Positions 10,255-20,122 of a stretch of DNA of 54,004 nt are shown here, piece by piece. Within the stretch, counting starts at the first letter, position 1; every line of letters starts with the position of its first letter. Source of the stretch: an uncultured virus (IMG/VR IMGVR_UViG_3300030060_005186) (lineage: Duplodnaviria; Heunggongvirae; Uroviricota; Caudoviricetes); IMG/VR virus record IMGVR_UViG_3300030060_005186; one strand, given 5' to 3'. The notes below the pieces were generated by a model. It was given only the letters and a program-made list of their open reading frames with translations. It was not told the DNA's origin and made no database searches. A program made the position numbers and the translations under genes.

Positions 10255-10776
10255 TCATCCCATACCGGGCCCATACTCTAACGATTGGTCCAACCACGAA
10301 GTGTCTTCTGGAGGCTGCCACTTCTCCCCGGTCTCGAATTCCTGCATGTCGCTCACATGCACAGGCACTGGGGTGTCACCATGCCCTAGGCGTAGCAGGG
10401 CAAGCATCCTGTGTCGCCCATCATGATGCACGCTCGGTGGTAAATGTTCGTTGCCAACGCCTACTCTAGGCATGTTCAATCTTACTTTCTTACCTTCCTT
10501 CACGGCTCTCCTCATGGGGTCTAGGTAGAATCCTATCTTCCTAGGCTCCATACCACGAGTCCCGGTAGTTGCTAAGAACTGACGTGGTGTCATTTGCCTG
10601 ATTTCCGAGAGTTCTTGCGTTTCCTGAGGTTCTTCCTCTATTAGTTGCTTGAAACCACCATGTATGTCCTCAGGTCTCTCTTCACCGCCTTGTTTGTCCC
10701 ATGTTACAAAGTCTACATTGGGTACAGCCTCCCTAGCAGGGGCTTTGAGGACTTCCCAAGCGTCCTCTAGGGCCAT
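10255..10776 (-). CDS. ParB/Sulfiredoxin-fold protein
   Basis: HDGRHRMLALLRLG...VPV matches the ParBc/Srx DGxHR signature. Confidence 0.65.
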   Translation of the reverse strand: MALEDAWEVLKAPAREAVPNVDFVTWDKQGGEERPEDIHGGFKQLIEEEPQETQELSEIRQMTPRQFLATTGTRGMEPRKIGFYLDPMRRAVKEGKKVRLNMPRVGVGNEHLPPSVHHDGRHRMLALLRLGHGDTPVPVHVSDMQEFETGEKWQPPEDTSWLDQSLEYGPGMG

Positions 10777-10817
10777 ATATCATGTTGCAAAGGGAATTCT
10801 GGTAAGAAACTATCCAC

Positions 10818-11052
10818 AGAGAAATTTTTCCCAGAAAATTTTCCATTTGGCGCCCATCGAATCATATGGCTTTCCAGAAAAAAATTTCTGTAGAACGCAC
10901 GCGGCTATGAAGGGCGACGCGCCATATGGTCCTACGTAAATCCGGCTAGCGCGCCATACGGTGCATATGGCTCGCGGCGTGGCTTCGCCACGCATACGGT
11001 TGGGCGCACGGCGCTCGACTGCCTCCCCTTCGGTCAGAATCGCGCCATATGC
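10818..11052. repeat. Divergent intergenic region with six CATA(T/C)GG motif copies, A/T tracts and a hairpin
   Basis: CATAYGG at 10863, 10923, 10955, 10964, 10993 and inverted at 11045-11051; A/T tracts 10820-10895; GCGTGGC-TTC-GCCACGC hairpin 10977-10993. Confidence 0.6.
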
Positions 11053-11058
11053 TTTTTA

Positions 11059-11066
11059 TTTATAAA
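11059..11066 (+). promoter_or_regulatory. Archaeal TATA box
   Basis: TTTATAAA about 30 nt upstream of ATG 11094, i.e. leaderless-transcript geometry. Confidence 0.7.
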
Positions 11067-11093
11067 GGGCCCACTCCCGCTTGTGGGAATTAC

Positions 11094-11792
11094 ATGACTG
11101 AAATCAATCAGGATGTAGTAACGGCGATGACGTCGTGGCTTGGGTCTATGGGTATTGAGGTGCCTCAGACCGTTGAGCCTGTCAGCGATGACAAACCCTC
11201 GGGCGATGCCCGAATCAACCTCACGGAAGTGACGGGTCTTCCGCAAGAACTACCCAAGGGGAAGGCTCTAGCCTTCCAAATGGCCATCATCGGCGACGAT
11301 GGCAAGGTTGTTGTCCTGAAGGACAGCAACTCAGGTCTGCTTGAGGTCAAGGGCCTCTGGCACACCAAACTAGGCAGAGGGAAGACCAGAACCTCTGGAG
11401 ACGGTAAGGCGACCGTCTCAGTCTGCAACAGACAACCTAAGAGAACCGACGACATCGTGAGGATAATGCACTTTGTCGTAACTAACCTCGTCAGAGGTAA
11501 GGATTGGTCGTCAGAGTACTGGACTGCTCTGGGTGCCTCCCTGTGGGGCGACAACGACCACCTGACAGCGGCCGACGTAAAGGCCCTGTACGGCATCGTC
11601 CAGTTGGTGGACGTCAAGAAAGCCAACGATGCCACCCACCCGGCCCCGGTGACCCCGAAGGCCCCTTCGGCAACTGCCCTCAAGGCAGCCAAGAAGGCGG
11701 CCCAGAAGGTCGTCGACGCCATCGGGGTGCCTACAAAGGTCGCCAAGCCCCGAACCCCCAAGGCCTCCGGGCCTAGGAGGCGGCGTTACTGA
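11094..11792 (+). CDS. Hypothetical protein with a Lys/Ala/Pro-rich, histone-H1-like basic tail
   Basis: C-terminus PAPVTPKAPSATALKAAKKAAQK...PRTPKASGPRRRRY; start reassigned to MTEINQ from TATA spacing. Confidence 0.75.
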   Translation: MTEINQDVVTAMTSWLGSMGIEVPQTVEPVSDDKPSGDARINLTEVTGLPQELPKGKALAFQMAIIGDDGKVVVLKDSNSGLLEVKGLWHTKLGRGKTRTSGDGKATVSVCNRQPKRTDDIVRIMHFVVTNLVRGKDWSSEYWTALGASLWGDNDHLTAADVKALYGIVQLVDVKKANDATHPAPVTPKAPSATALKAAKKAAQKVVDAIGVPTKVAKPRTPKASGPRRRRY

Positions 11793-11802
11793 GCCAAACG
11801 GT

Positions 11803-11826
11803 GCGGGGGGCCTTCGGGCCCCTCGC
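11803..11826 (+). terminator. GC-rich hairpin with cUUCGg tetraloop (terminator or stabiliser)
   Basis: GCGGGGGGCC-TTCG-GGCCCCTCGC, a 10-bp stem with one G-U, just after the stop codon. Confidence 0.65.
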
Positions 11827-12204
11827 CCAACCCATTTGGCGTTCTGGGGTTGATTTTACCCCCTAGTCCTGCCACTACCTCAACCATATGGTTGGTGAAA
11901 TTCCTATGCTATCGAAGACGCACAGCATCACAAGTTGCAGTTTTAACTGTATGGTCTGCAACAAACCACTCCTTGTAGTGACCGACCCATCCCTGCCGGG
12001 CCACTACACACAAAGGAGGGAGGTCGGCACTCTCCAAAGGGTATGCTATCCCCTTACACGCCGTGAAAGGAGCCAAATGGCTCGCCTCCCTTCTCAAGAT
12101 TCTTTCTTCTCTCTCATAAGAGAATATATATTATCTCTCAAGAATACAATGAGAATATCAGTAATCCCCTTCCCATTCACACTTGCTACAAAGGAGAGTG
12201 TACA

Positions 12205-12669
12205 ATGACAACAGATGAAACAAACGAGAACGGAATGATGAACAACAACGGACGCCCATTCGGGATGAAGGTAATCAGAATGCTCAGCAAGGCAATGACC
12301 ATGCTAAAGCACGGTGACCCGAAGAACCACACGGAGGCACTTGCTGTCTACTGGCAGACGAGGAGACTACCCACTAGGGAGAGCCTAGAGTACGAAGATG
12401 ACCTCGGTATCGAGGGACCAGACTACTACCTCTACGAGATGCTAGAGACCTTCTTCGACTTCGATGCCATCAGAGCAATCAAGGGTTCCTCTCGGCACAT
12501 CAGAGTCGAGAGTTACCTTCGAGAGAACTTCCCAGACTACGAGCATCTCAGCAAGATGTTCAGGCAGGGTCTAGCCGGTGCAGAGTACCGCCACCAGCAC
12601 TTCATCGAGACTGACCCAGACTACGCAGCAATCCATGCCCCACAGAAGGGCAACTCGGAGGATGCATGA
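12205..12669 (+). CDS. Hypothetical protein
   Basis: GGAG RBS; coupled to the next gene. Confidence 0.75.
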   Translation: MTTDETNENGMMNNNGRPFGMKVIRMLSKAMTMLKHGDPKNHTEALAVYWQTRRLPTRESLEYEDDLGIEGPDYYLYEMLETFFDFDAIRAIKGSSRHIRVESYLRENFPDYEHLSKMFRQGLAGAEYRHQHFIETDPDYAAIHAPQKGNSEDA

Positions 12670-12833
12670 ACATGAACATGACCGATAGGATATTCAACAT
12701 CACCAGCATACTGAGCAGGACTTTCCTCTGGAAGAACTACTTCGGGCTTCTGGAGGAGATAGCCGAGAACCAGAGAGCGATACTGGTGGAGTTGAGGAAG
12801 CAGAGCAGAATGCAGAGGAAGGTGAGAAAGTGA
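12666..12833 (+). CDS. Small hypothetical protein (55 aa)
   Basis: Not in ORF track; ATGA overlap upstream and GTGA overlap downstream. Confidence 0.6.
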   Translation: MNMNMTDRIFNITSILSRTFLWKNYFGLLEEIAENQRAILVELRKQSRMQRKVRK

Positions 12834-13369
12834 GCAGAAACAGGTCACCACAGACTAGAATCAGAGACATGGGTCTCATCACCGACAAGGGTCTTGCCTA
12901 CTCCATTCTGATGAATCTCCTGAACAAGTACGCATCAGCCCACGGGGTCTACACGGGTGGCTATGCCTACGATGCTGATGGGATTTGCAGAGGCAGGACG
13001 AACAAGTACGGCAAGAGACTCCTCGACAAGGTCATCAGGAACATAACGAATGTGGGTAACGATACTCGTATCCACAACTTCCTCCGTGGTCTGAGGAAGA
13101 GAGGAGAGAGGCACGTCATAGTCTACGACCACAAGTTGCACTATTTCTCCCTCAAGCACAGGGGAGGCAACCGAGGAACCAGAGAGGAAGAGTGGATGCT
13201 CACCGACTACGAGGTTGTGGAGGCAACGGCTGGTATGATGTACGTCTATGGCCACAACAACAGGCACCGAGCAAACTACGCTGTCAATGACTACGAGGTA
13301 ATCCACTTCATTGGTGGGGTTGTATCAGCATGGGGAGAGATTCACTGTATCCCGAAGAGGAGGAGATAG
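12830..13369 (+). CDS. Hypothetical basic protein
   Basis: GGTGA RBS, GTG start, operon context. Confidence 0.7.
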   Translation: MSRNRSPQTRIRDMGLITDKGLAYSILMNLLNKYASAHGVYTGGYAYDADGICRGRTNKYGKRLLDKVIRNITNVGNDTRIHNFLRGLRKRGERHVIVYDHKLHYFSLKHRGGNRGTREEEWMLTDYEVVEATAGMMYVYGHNNRHRANYAVNDYEVIHFIGGVVSAWGEIHCIPKRRR

Positions 13370-13440
13370 AATGCCCTCCACGCTACTAATTAGGATTGCA
13401 ACAGCCGAGTGGGAATGGGAACTGCATGAGGTCGAGTGAT

Positions 13441-13656
13441 ATGAATTACCCTGCATTTGGAGATGGAGAGATTGAGGACGCTTTCAACAAGGAGGCTAAG
13501 CAGTTGCAATTGAGATTGTGGAAGGCTATGAGCAGAGTGGAGAGGATATTCGTAGCCAATCGCCTCGATGTGGAGTGCCCTGTCGATACTCCATGGCCAA
13601 CGATGTTCATCGACCTCAATGGCTACATCAGGGATGCAAATGGGAGGTTTTTGTGA
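13441..13656 (+). CDS. Small hypothetical protein
   Basis: Likely start MNYPAF; stop overlaps the next start. Confidence 0.55.
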   Translation: MNYPAFGDGEIEDAFNKEAKQLQLRLWKAMSRVERIFVANRLDVECPVDTPWPTMFIDLNGYIRDANGRFL

Positions 13657-15581
13657 TGACACCGTATGTATGGAGACCACTACCCGGCCTCGATGAGGAG
13701 ACTCTGAGGGAATTGTATGAGCGTCGAGGTATGTCCGTGAGAGAGATGTCTGAACATCTTGGTCGTACTCGGAACACCATCAAGAAGCACTTCCAGATGT
13801 TCGGGATTCAGATAATGCCACAGGAGTACATCGACCGTCCTGACATTGCAACAGAGGAGATTCACGATTGGTTCCAAGCCGTATTGGAGGCTAGCGGTGT
13901 GGAGAGGATAGACAGCGAGTCTGGCTACCCATTGGAGATGCTACCAACCATGTTCGACCAGATTATCATGCATCCATCGCAGAAGGAGATGTTCAATATC
14001 TCCAAGCCGGTGTTGAACAGCAAGAACGTCTTCGAGATGAGGATACTCGTCACTCTCTTCCGTCCCGAGTTGATTAGAGGAGAGATTACGGTGAAGGGTC
14101 TGAGGCACACTACGTCCTTCGTTCAAGCATTCACGAGGTTCTACCCAGAAGAGGCTCTGCCATACTTGGCAGACAATCTGTGGAGATTCAAGCGTCCTAC
14201 AAGGGAGAAACTCATGCCCTCCGGTATCACATCGGACTACCAACTATCGAATGGGAGGCCCAACTACCACTTGGTCTATCCCATCCTGAAACTCATCCAT
14301 GAGAGGTGGACTCAACACTTGGGCAGACCGCTGACTTGTGAGGACTTGTACGAGTCTCCCCGCATCTCAGTGCAGGATGGTGAGTACGAGGGTCAGTTGG
14401 GGCTGTTGGACATGGATTGGTTCCCGAAGGAGGCTTGGTATCCTCTCTTCGACCAGATGAAGCGCCACACCGGGGCTTACTACACTCCTGTGGAGGATGC
14501 TATCGGCATTGCCAACGAGAAGTACTATCGATTCTATCGTGACATGGAGAGGTTCTTCGTGAGGAGAGGCGAACAAGGGAGATTCGAGGATAGCGAGTGG
14601 AACACCTACGACTACCTCATCGCTCACAATCACAAGTTTGCAGCAAGGGAGAACTTCCTATGGCGGAGACTAGATGTGCTACGGGATTGGTTCGTTCGTG
14701 GTCTAGGTGGACATCATGGTGAACTCATGCATGAGAGTTGGGAGAACTTTCCAGACTCAGCATCACGCCGCCTTCTCAACAAGGTGGAGAACATGAGGAT
14801 AGCCATGCTCAGACACATCCCCTTCTATCAGCAAGCGGCAGCAGGTGTGAGTTACAGCACACCAAACATGACTTCGCTCAACCCCTCGATACTGCACTTC
14901 GTCACTCTGCTGTGGCCTAACTTCGATTGGGACTACATCAAGTTGGAGAGGAACATCGGTAGCGAGGACTTCCTCAAGGAACATCTCATTCACTTCACGG
15001 ACGATGATACTGTGATACTCACCAAGACGATTGATTGCAGGTTGTGGAAGCCTAATGGCTCACGACTCCACTACCCTCCCAACGAGCATACTGAGAGGCC
15101 CGGCCCGATGTCCTTTGACATTATGCTACCGAAGTATGGCGTCATATTCGAGTTGCAAGGTGGACAGCACTACGATGAGGGTGCATTCGAGGGTGGTCGC
15201 TTCTCAACGGAGGAACGAGACGAGTTCATAGTCTACTCACAAGACCTAGCAACTAGGCAGTTCCACGACAGAACCAAGAAGGCGTATGCATATCGGAGAG
15301 GATGGCTCACCATCTATGTCCCTTGTGCACCGAATGCTCGCCCTGTCAAGGGAGTGCATGGCCCTCTGTCATGCTGGAACTTCAACATGACCAACGAGAA
15401 GACGGTACACTCAGACAGGAGGAACACCTACGGCTACCCCTACGAGGGTTTGCTCGAACTCATCGATACACAGGTCTCCAATTGGAGGAAGCCTGACCAT
15501 GTGCAGAGAGGCACAGCGCTGCTCGCAGAACTGCGAGCCAATTACGAACAACACTCGCCATCATATGGAGAGGAGGCATGA
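13653..15581 (+). CDS. HTH + C-terminal Vsr/DUF559-like PD-(D/E)XK endonuclease (possible homing/restriction-like nuclease)
   Basis: N-terminal HTH (MSVREMSEHLGRTRNTIKKHF); C-terminal FDIMLP...IFELQGGQHY...HDRTKK motif; GGAGG RBS at 13643. Confidence 0.7.
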   Translation: MMTPYVWRPLPGLDEETLRELYERRGMSVREMSEHLGRTRNTIKKHFQMFGIQIMPQEYIDRPDIATEEIHDWFQAVLEASGVERIDSESGYPLEMLPTMFDQIIMHPSQKEMFNISKPVLNSKNVFEMRILVTLFRPELIRGEITVKGLRHTTSFVQAFTRFYPEEALPYLADNLWRFKRPTREKLMPSGITSDYQLSNGRPNYHLVYPILKLIHERWTQHLGRPLTCEDLYESPRISVQDGEYEGQLGLLDMDWFPKEAWYPLFDQMKRHTGAYYTPVEDAIGIANEKYYRFYRDMERFFVRRGEQGRFEDSEWNTYDYLIAHNHKFAARENFLWRRLDVLRDWFVRGLGGHHGELMHESWENFPDSASRRLLNKVENMRIAMLRHIPFYQQAAAGVSYSTPNMTSLNPSILHFVTLLWPNFDWDYIKLERNIGSEDFLKEHLIHFTDDDTVILTKTIDCRLWKPNGSRLHYPPNEHTERPGPMSFDIMLPKYGVIFELQGGQHYDEGAFEGGRFSTEERDEFIVYSQDLATRQFHDRTKKAYAYRRGWLTIYVPCAPNARPVKGVHGPLSCWNFNMTNEKTVHSDRRNTYGYPYEGLLELIDTQVSNWRKPDHVQRGTALLAELRANYEQHSPSYGEEA

Positions 15582-15585
15582 AACA

Positions 15586-15987
15586 ATGAAAAAAACGTAC
15601 TACAAGAGACAGTATTATGACAACAAGAAGGGACGCTTTGTGACCAAAGTGAGTACCGACATTGGCAAACTAGTTGCCAAGAACGAGGTATTCGGAATAA
15701 CGAGGGCAGACGGCACAGTCCGTGACCCTCCGGTCACCAGAATCAGCAAGAGGGAGTACGAGATACTCAAGAGAGGTTGGGGTGATGACTCCATCGCTCG
15801 GCCCGTGTACTGGTTCGACCAAGTCAAGGGGGTAGGAGACAGCAATGACGGCTACATCTACGGCATAGAGTACATGGACGGAGAGGAAATTGCCGATTGC
15901 GAGTGGTTCGAGACAGAGACACAGAGAGATAGCGTGCTCAAGGAGTATTTCGAGAATGTATCAGTATTGATGGGGGAGGAAGAATGA
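15586..15987 (+). CDS. Hypothetical protein
   Basis: Start MKKTYY after GGAGG; coupled to the next gene. Confidence 0.6.
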   Translation: MKKTYYKRQYYDNKKGRFVTKVSTDIGKLVAKNEVFGITRADGTVRDPPVTRISKREYEILKRGWGDDSIARPVYWFDQVKGVGDSNDGYIYGIEYMDGEEIADCEWFETETQRDSVLKEYFENVSVLMGEEE

Positions 15988-18900
15988 CAGACGAGACACA
16001 GGAGACAATTGACGACATAATGAAGGCTATCACCAGCGGAGACTACGGCTCCAAAGGGCAGATGGAGAAGGTACAGGAGATGGTGAACAACCTGTACAGC
16101 CCCGCTGTCGTTCTGGAAGACCAGAGATACGCCGCCTTGGGTGAGAGTCTCTATGTCACCACTCATCTAGGTGCGAAGAGACCCATACTAGGGGATGAGA
16201 AGAGGCAGTCTCTGCCTATATTGAGAGCCGATGTCGATAGTCTCGCTTCACTTCTCACAGTCCTCCAGAGATTGGGAATACTACAGCAAGTGTTGGCGGA
16301 GGACTATGTGATACGCAGATACCTCCCCAATCAGCAGACTATCATCTCCCGCATGGTGAAAGACATCGAGGAATCTTCTGCCGGGAAGAGAGTCATAATC
16401 ATACAGGCTCTCAGTGGCTATCTAGCCCACCTGCTATCGGATTTGATGGAAGAGGAGAAGAACCAACTCAACGCCGTGCAGAGGAGCATTTCCCTTCCTG
16501 CGACTACCATCGCTTGGATTAGGCAGAACACCGACTCGGAAGGGAACGTGGACTATCGTGCTATGGGCAAATACTTCCACGATATGAGGAAGGAGGGGTG
16601 TGGCTCCGGTACGAGTGCAGCCCTCAGCGTCATGTCCGGCTTGTTCCGCTGGTCTACCGAACCCTCACTACCAAGGAAGTCGCAGAAGGCCAGAGGCATA
16701 CAGGCCATGAGCGGTGACGACTACGCGAGGACTCACTGGCTATGGCAGGTCAAGCCGTCCATGTTCCTCTCATTGGAGGATTCTACACAGGCGACTGCTT
16801 CCGAGTTGATGGCTAGCATGAGAGTCGCATTCGGCACTATCAAGGAGGTTTTCAAGAGTGGCATCTTCATCAGGACTTGCCCAGCCTCCCCTAGGCCGGG
16901 CGCTCTGGAGAACGTGAAGGCACATACTCCTGCTGAGTTGCTCAAGGGCATCAGATACCTCGGTAGAGGGATGCTGGATGAGGACTGTGCGGATTACGAC
17001 CCGGAGGGCTGTCTGTGCGTCATGCCATTCATCCCACCATCCTGCTCTGCTGTTGCTGTCGTTGGTCACAATGAGATAGTGATGGGGCCGAGTTTCGATG
17101 GTGTCACAGCAGGTGGGGGTAGCAATGTCATCATCCCAATCGCCCAAGAGTTGGCCATCAAGATGAAGCATGAGGTAGAGGATATGGGACTAGGTGATGG
17201 CATGGACAACCACGAGATTGAACTCGTATGGAACAACGACAGATACTCCGGCAGTTCAACCCCCTATGGGACCAGTGTCGTCAAATTCAAACGAGCAGTC
17301 CAGACATCGGCGTACGACAAGGAGACTCTGCCTATCATCACGCAAGTCAGGGGCTTGCATGAGGCGAAGGTCAGCCTTACTCCCCCACCTGTCGTGGATG
17401 GGGAGACATTGACTGTGCGAGGCAACATCCCTGACGGTGTGGTGGAGCAGCAGACTCACATCAACGTCGGCAGTGGTGATTTGTCCGAGTGCATCAACCT
17501 CGAGCAACTAGCGGAGAAGGGAGAACTACCTGATGGGCTTGTGGTGTATGCACCTAGTGGCTCTTCCAATGCTCACGTTGCCGGTGTCGGCATCCAGTGG
17601 GACATTCCAGTTATCTATGGCATCCTACCGAGGGAGAATGGCACCGTCTGGACTGAGATATCAGGTTGGGTGACAGACATCGAGGGAGCCGAGCCCACTA
17701 CGTACAAGCCATCCGCTCTCAAGGAGTTCTTCTTCATGGGTTGCAATGATGGTGACAAGCATTGGGACTATGGCTACCACGTCCTCTCTCAATTCTTCCA
17801 CACATACCTTACCGGGCCTCGCAACGACCCGAGATTCGAGGCTTACTTGGGTGGCTTCTACTCAGCATGGATTCTCAAGGCTACTCTCGCAGTAGCGATG
17901 GGCGAAGTGAGACACGCTTTCGGTGGTAACAAGGCAAAGATGCACCCAGTGCATGGTGCCATTCACGCTTATGTGATATCTGCCCTAGCAGGTGAGAGCG
18001 ACCCTTCACTAGGTGGTAGAGGAACTTACTACAATCTGCTCAAGAACAAACCAGTGGGCATGCACAACCTGAAGTTGATGCTTTCTTGCTACGAGAGGTT
18101 GTTCAACGAGCCGAATTGGCCATCTTCATACGGTGGCAACAACTACTACGAGTCCGTCAACAAGGCCACTAAGGTGGCTAGCACTCTAGACACGCTCATG
18201 AACACCCACTACCATCCTACATCAGAGGAAGAGATGTTCAAGAGGTTGCTCGGTGAGATTAACACCTTGGAGAATGCGGTGCACAACTGCGCATTCTTCT
18301 TCAACAAGTTCGTTGCAAACAAAAAGTGGTTCGACATTGGCACTAGCCATCACAGCAACACATCGAAGTTGGAGCATCAGTATCACGTAGTCTCTGCTTT
18401 GCAGTACCACTTCTACACCGAGATGGACGAGCCGCATCACCTCTCGAGCCAGTTGGTCGAATATCACCACCATTGGACGACGGCACAGTACAATGAGGGA
18501 CTGTCTTCAAAATACCAACTCGAACTACCCGATGTCTTGGATTACTTGTCTCTGTGTAACATAGATGACAACTTGGAGGCGGTGGCTTGCGACACCATGG
18601 CCGAGGCTGTGGTTACATTCACAATCCAAGGCAATTCTATTCACCATCTTGGTACTTGCACTCTCCACGGCTGTGACTTAGTCAAGTGTCAGGAGTTGCA
18701 GAGTGCCTCCCAGTGGGGTCTAACTGCCACTGAACTCAATACTCTGACTCAATTGCTTGTGAGTGCACCCAAGCCCTTCGGGCACATGACTCCCATAGCC
18801 ACTCCGGTTTCGAGTTCCCCCATGGAGGTTGTATTCGCTAGCGAGATAGACAAAGAGGCAGGACTTGTGTACGACTCTAACTCAACCATCTTCACCGACA

Positions 18901-19505
18901 CTGAGAGATGGACTGAGCCTAGCCAGCAGTCTTGGAAAATTGACGCCGAGAAAATGAAATTCGTACCACACTGGTCGTTGAGAGGCAAGCACTCTCTACT
19001 CGATTGGGGAGAGGTGCCTGTCTTCGTTGGTAACAAGTGCAGTTCCATGTATCCTCAAAAGCAAGTCAACCTCCTCATCGAGATACTAGGTGACGCATTG
19101 TCGAGGTTCGATGCACGGACTCTTACCACTCACTTCTTCGCTATCTTGAAGATTGATGGAAATTGGGACTTCAAGGTAAGAGACTACTGCGGGAAGCACG
19201 ACTTCTCCGATGTGGTTAGGACTATTGAGAGATTCCTCACTGCTATCAACGTCATATCCCAAGGCCTGTTCAAGTTCGCTAAGACTCACCCGATGATAGT
19301 AGCGGGTGACATGTCACGGACTGACGTGTACACAGATTGGCGCAGGTGGACAACTAGAGACGCATTGCTCTGGGCTCTCATGACGCAGATAAGCAACGAA
19401 ACAAGCCAACCATTCCATACGTGGGTATTGCCCACCACTGACATACTGAAAACATTCCAGAATGAATTCGGCAACGAGTTCGTGAAGGAGGTGCTACAAC
19501 AATGA
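15984..19505 (+). CDS. PPDK/PEP-synthase-like protein: ATP-grasp + phosphohistidine swivel domain + unknown C-terminal domain
   Basis: IRTCP..PRPGALE, VMPFI...SAV, EIELVW and ITQVR resemble ATP-grasp motifs; GSSNAHVAGVGIQWDIPVIYG resembles GGxTSHAAIxARExGIPxxxG (His531). Confidence 0.65.
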   Translation: MTDETQETIDDIMKAITSGDYGSKGQMEKVQEMVNNLYSPAVVLEDQRYAALGESLYVTTHLGAKRPILGDEKRQSLPILRADVDSLASLLTVLQRLGILQQVLAEDYVIRRYLPNQQTIISRMVKDIEESSAGKRVIIIQALSGYLAHLLSDLMEEEKNQLNAVQRSISLPATTIAWIRQNTDSEGNVDYRAMGKYFHDMRKEGCGSGTSAALSVMSGLFRWSTEPSLPRKSQKARGIQAMSGDDYARTHWLWQVKPSMFLSLEDSTQATASELMASMRVAFGTIKEVFKSGIFIRTCPASPRPGALENVKAHTPAELLKGIRYLGRGMLDEDCADYDPEGCLCVMPFIPPSCSAVAVVGHNEIVMGPSFDGVTAGGGSNVIIPIAQELAIKMKHEVEDMGLGDGMDNHEIELVWNNDRYSGSSTPYGTSVVKFKRAVQTSAYDKETLPIITQVRGLHEAKVSLTPPPVVDGETLTVRGNIPDGVVEQQTHINVGSGDLSECINLEQLAEKGELPDGLVVYAPSGSSNAHVAGVGIQWDIPVIYGILPRENGTVWTEISGWVTDIEGAEPTTYKPSALKEFFFMGCNDGDKHWDYGYHVLSQFFHTYLTGPRNDPRFEAYLGGFYSAWILKATLAVAMGEVRHAFGGNKAKMHPVHGAIHAYVISALAGESDPSLGGRGTYYNLLKNKPVGMHNLKLMLSCYERLFNEPNWPSSYGGNNYYESVNKATKVASTLDTLMNTHYHPTSEEEMFKRLLGEINTLENAVHNCAFFFNKFVANKKWFDIGTSHHSNTSKLEHQYHVVSALQYHFYTEMDEPHHLSSQLVEYHHHWTTAQYNEGLSSKYQLELPDVLDYLSLCNIDDNLEAVACDTMAEAVVTFTIQGNSIHHLGTCTLHGCDLVKCQELQSASQWGLTATELNTLTQLLVSAPKPFGHMTPIATPVSSSPMEVVFASEIDKEAGLVYDSNSTIFTDTERWTEPSQQSWKIDAEKMKFVPHWSLRGKHSLLDWGEVPVFVGNKCSSMYPQKQVNLLIEILGDALSRFDARTLTTHFFAILKIDGNWDFKVRDYCGKHDFSDVVRTIERFLTAINVISQGLFKFAKTHPMIVAGDMSRTDVYTDWRRWTTRDALLWALMTQISNETSQPFHTWVLPTTDILKTFQNEFGNEFVKEVLQQ

Positions 19506-20122
19506 AAAACATAGTACAAGAAAATATGATGAAACACGAAATAGCGCAGGCGAAAGACCCAAACTCGGAGGTTTGGACTTGGCCTGAGGGGTCATTGCAG
19601 TCTGGCCCTTACGCTCAGTTGAGCGTAAAAGTATCACATATGCACGGTGGGAAGTTGCACTTCCAATTCACCTGTGCTGATGTGGAGGGGCTTCACAGCG
19701 ATATGGAGGAGGAACTAGGGACACCGTTCATTTTCCTCGCAGATACTGCGCTGAGGAACTACGGTGCGTCGTTCAATCTATCCGTTCAGTACGGGTCGAT
19801 AGATGCGAACAACCTACAAGGCTTGGCGAAAGCCATCGAGAGTGAGGAGGATTGCTTCGTACAATCCTGTGCTAGCGATGCCAAGGACTACGCTGTGGCG
19901 CAGTTCTGCGGTGTGGTGGATGGCGTGGACAACAAGGGAATGGAAGTCAAGATGCTGGATTTCAGAGTCGGGGCTGAGTCGAACAGGATGCTGATAGCAT
20001 TCAGTCACGTGCCCTCGATAGTCAACAAGGAGTCGATGAACTACCCCGAGATGAGGGGAGAGTGGTTCCTCGCTTGGCTATGCTCCCGGTACTTCGTCAA
20101 CGATACACAGGAGGAAGAGTGA
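19502..20122 (+). CDS. Hypothetical protein
   Basis: ATGA-coupled; GGAGG RBS. Confidence 0.7.
   Translation: MKNIVQENMMKHEIAQAKDPNSEVWTWPEGSLQSGPYAQLSVKVSHMHGGKLHFQFTCADVEGLHSDMEEELGTPFIFLADTALRNYGASFNLSVQYGSIDANNLQGLAKAIESEEDCFVQSCASDAKDYAVAQFCGVVDGVDNKGMEVKMLDFRVGAESNRMLIAFSHVPSIVNKESMNYPEMRGEWFLAWLCSRYFVNDTQEEE

Noticed and set aside
11888..12208. 106-aa ORF with a CxxxCxxC motif
   Set aside because: No clear RBS, and its 3' part runs through AT-rich regulatory-looking repeats; coding status unresolved
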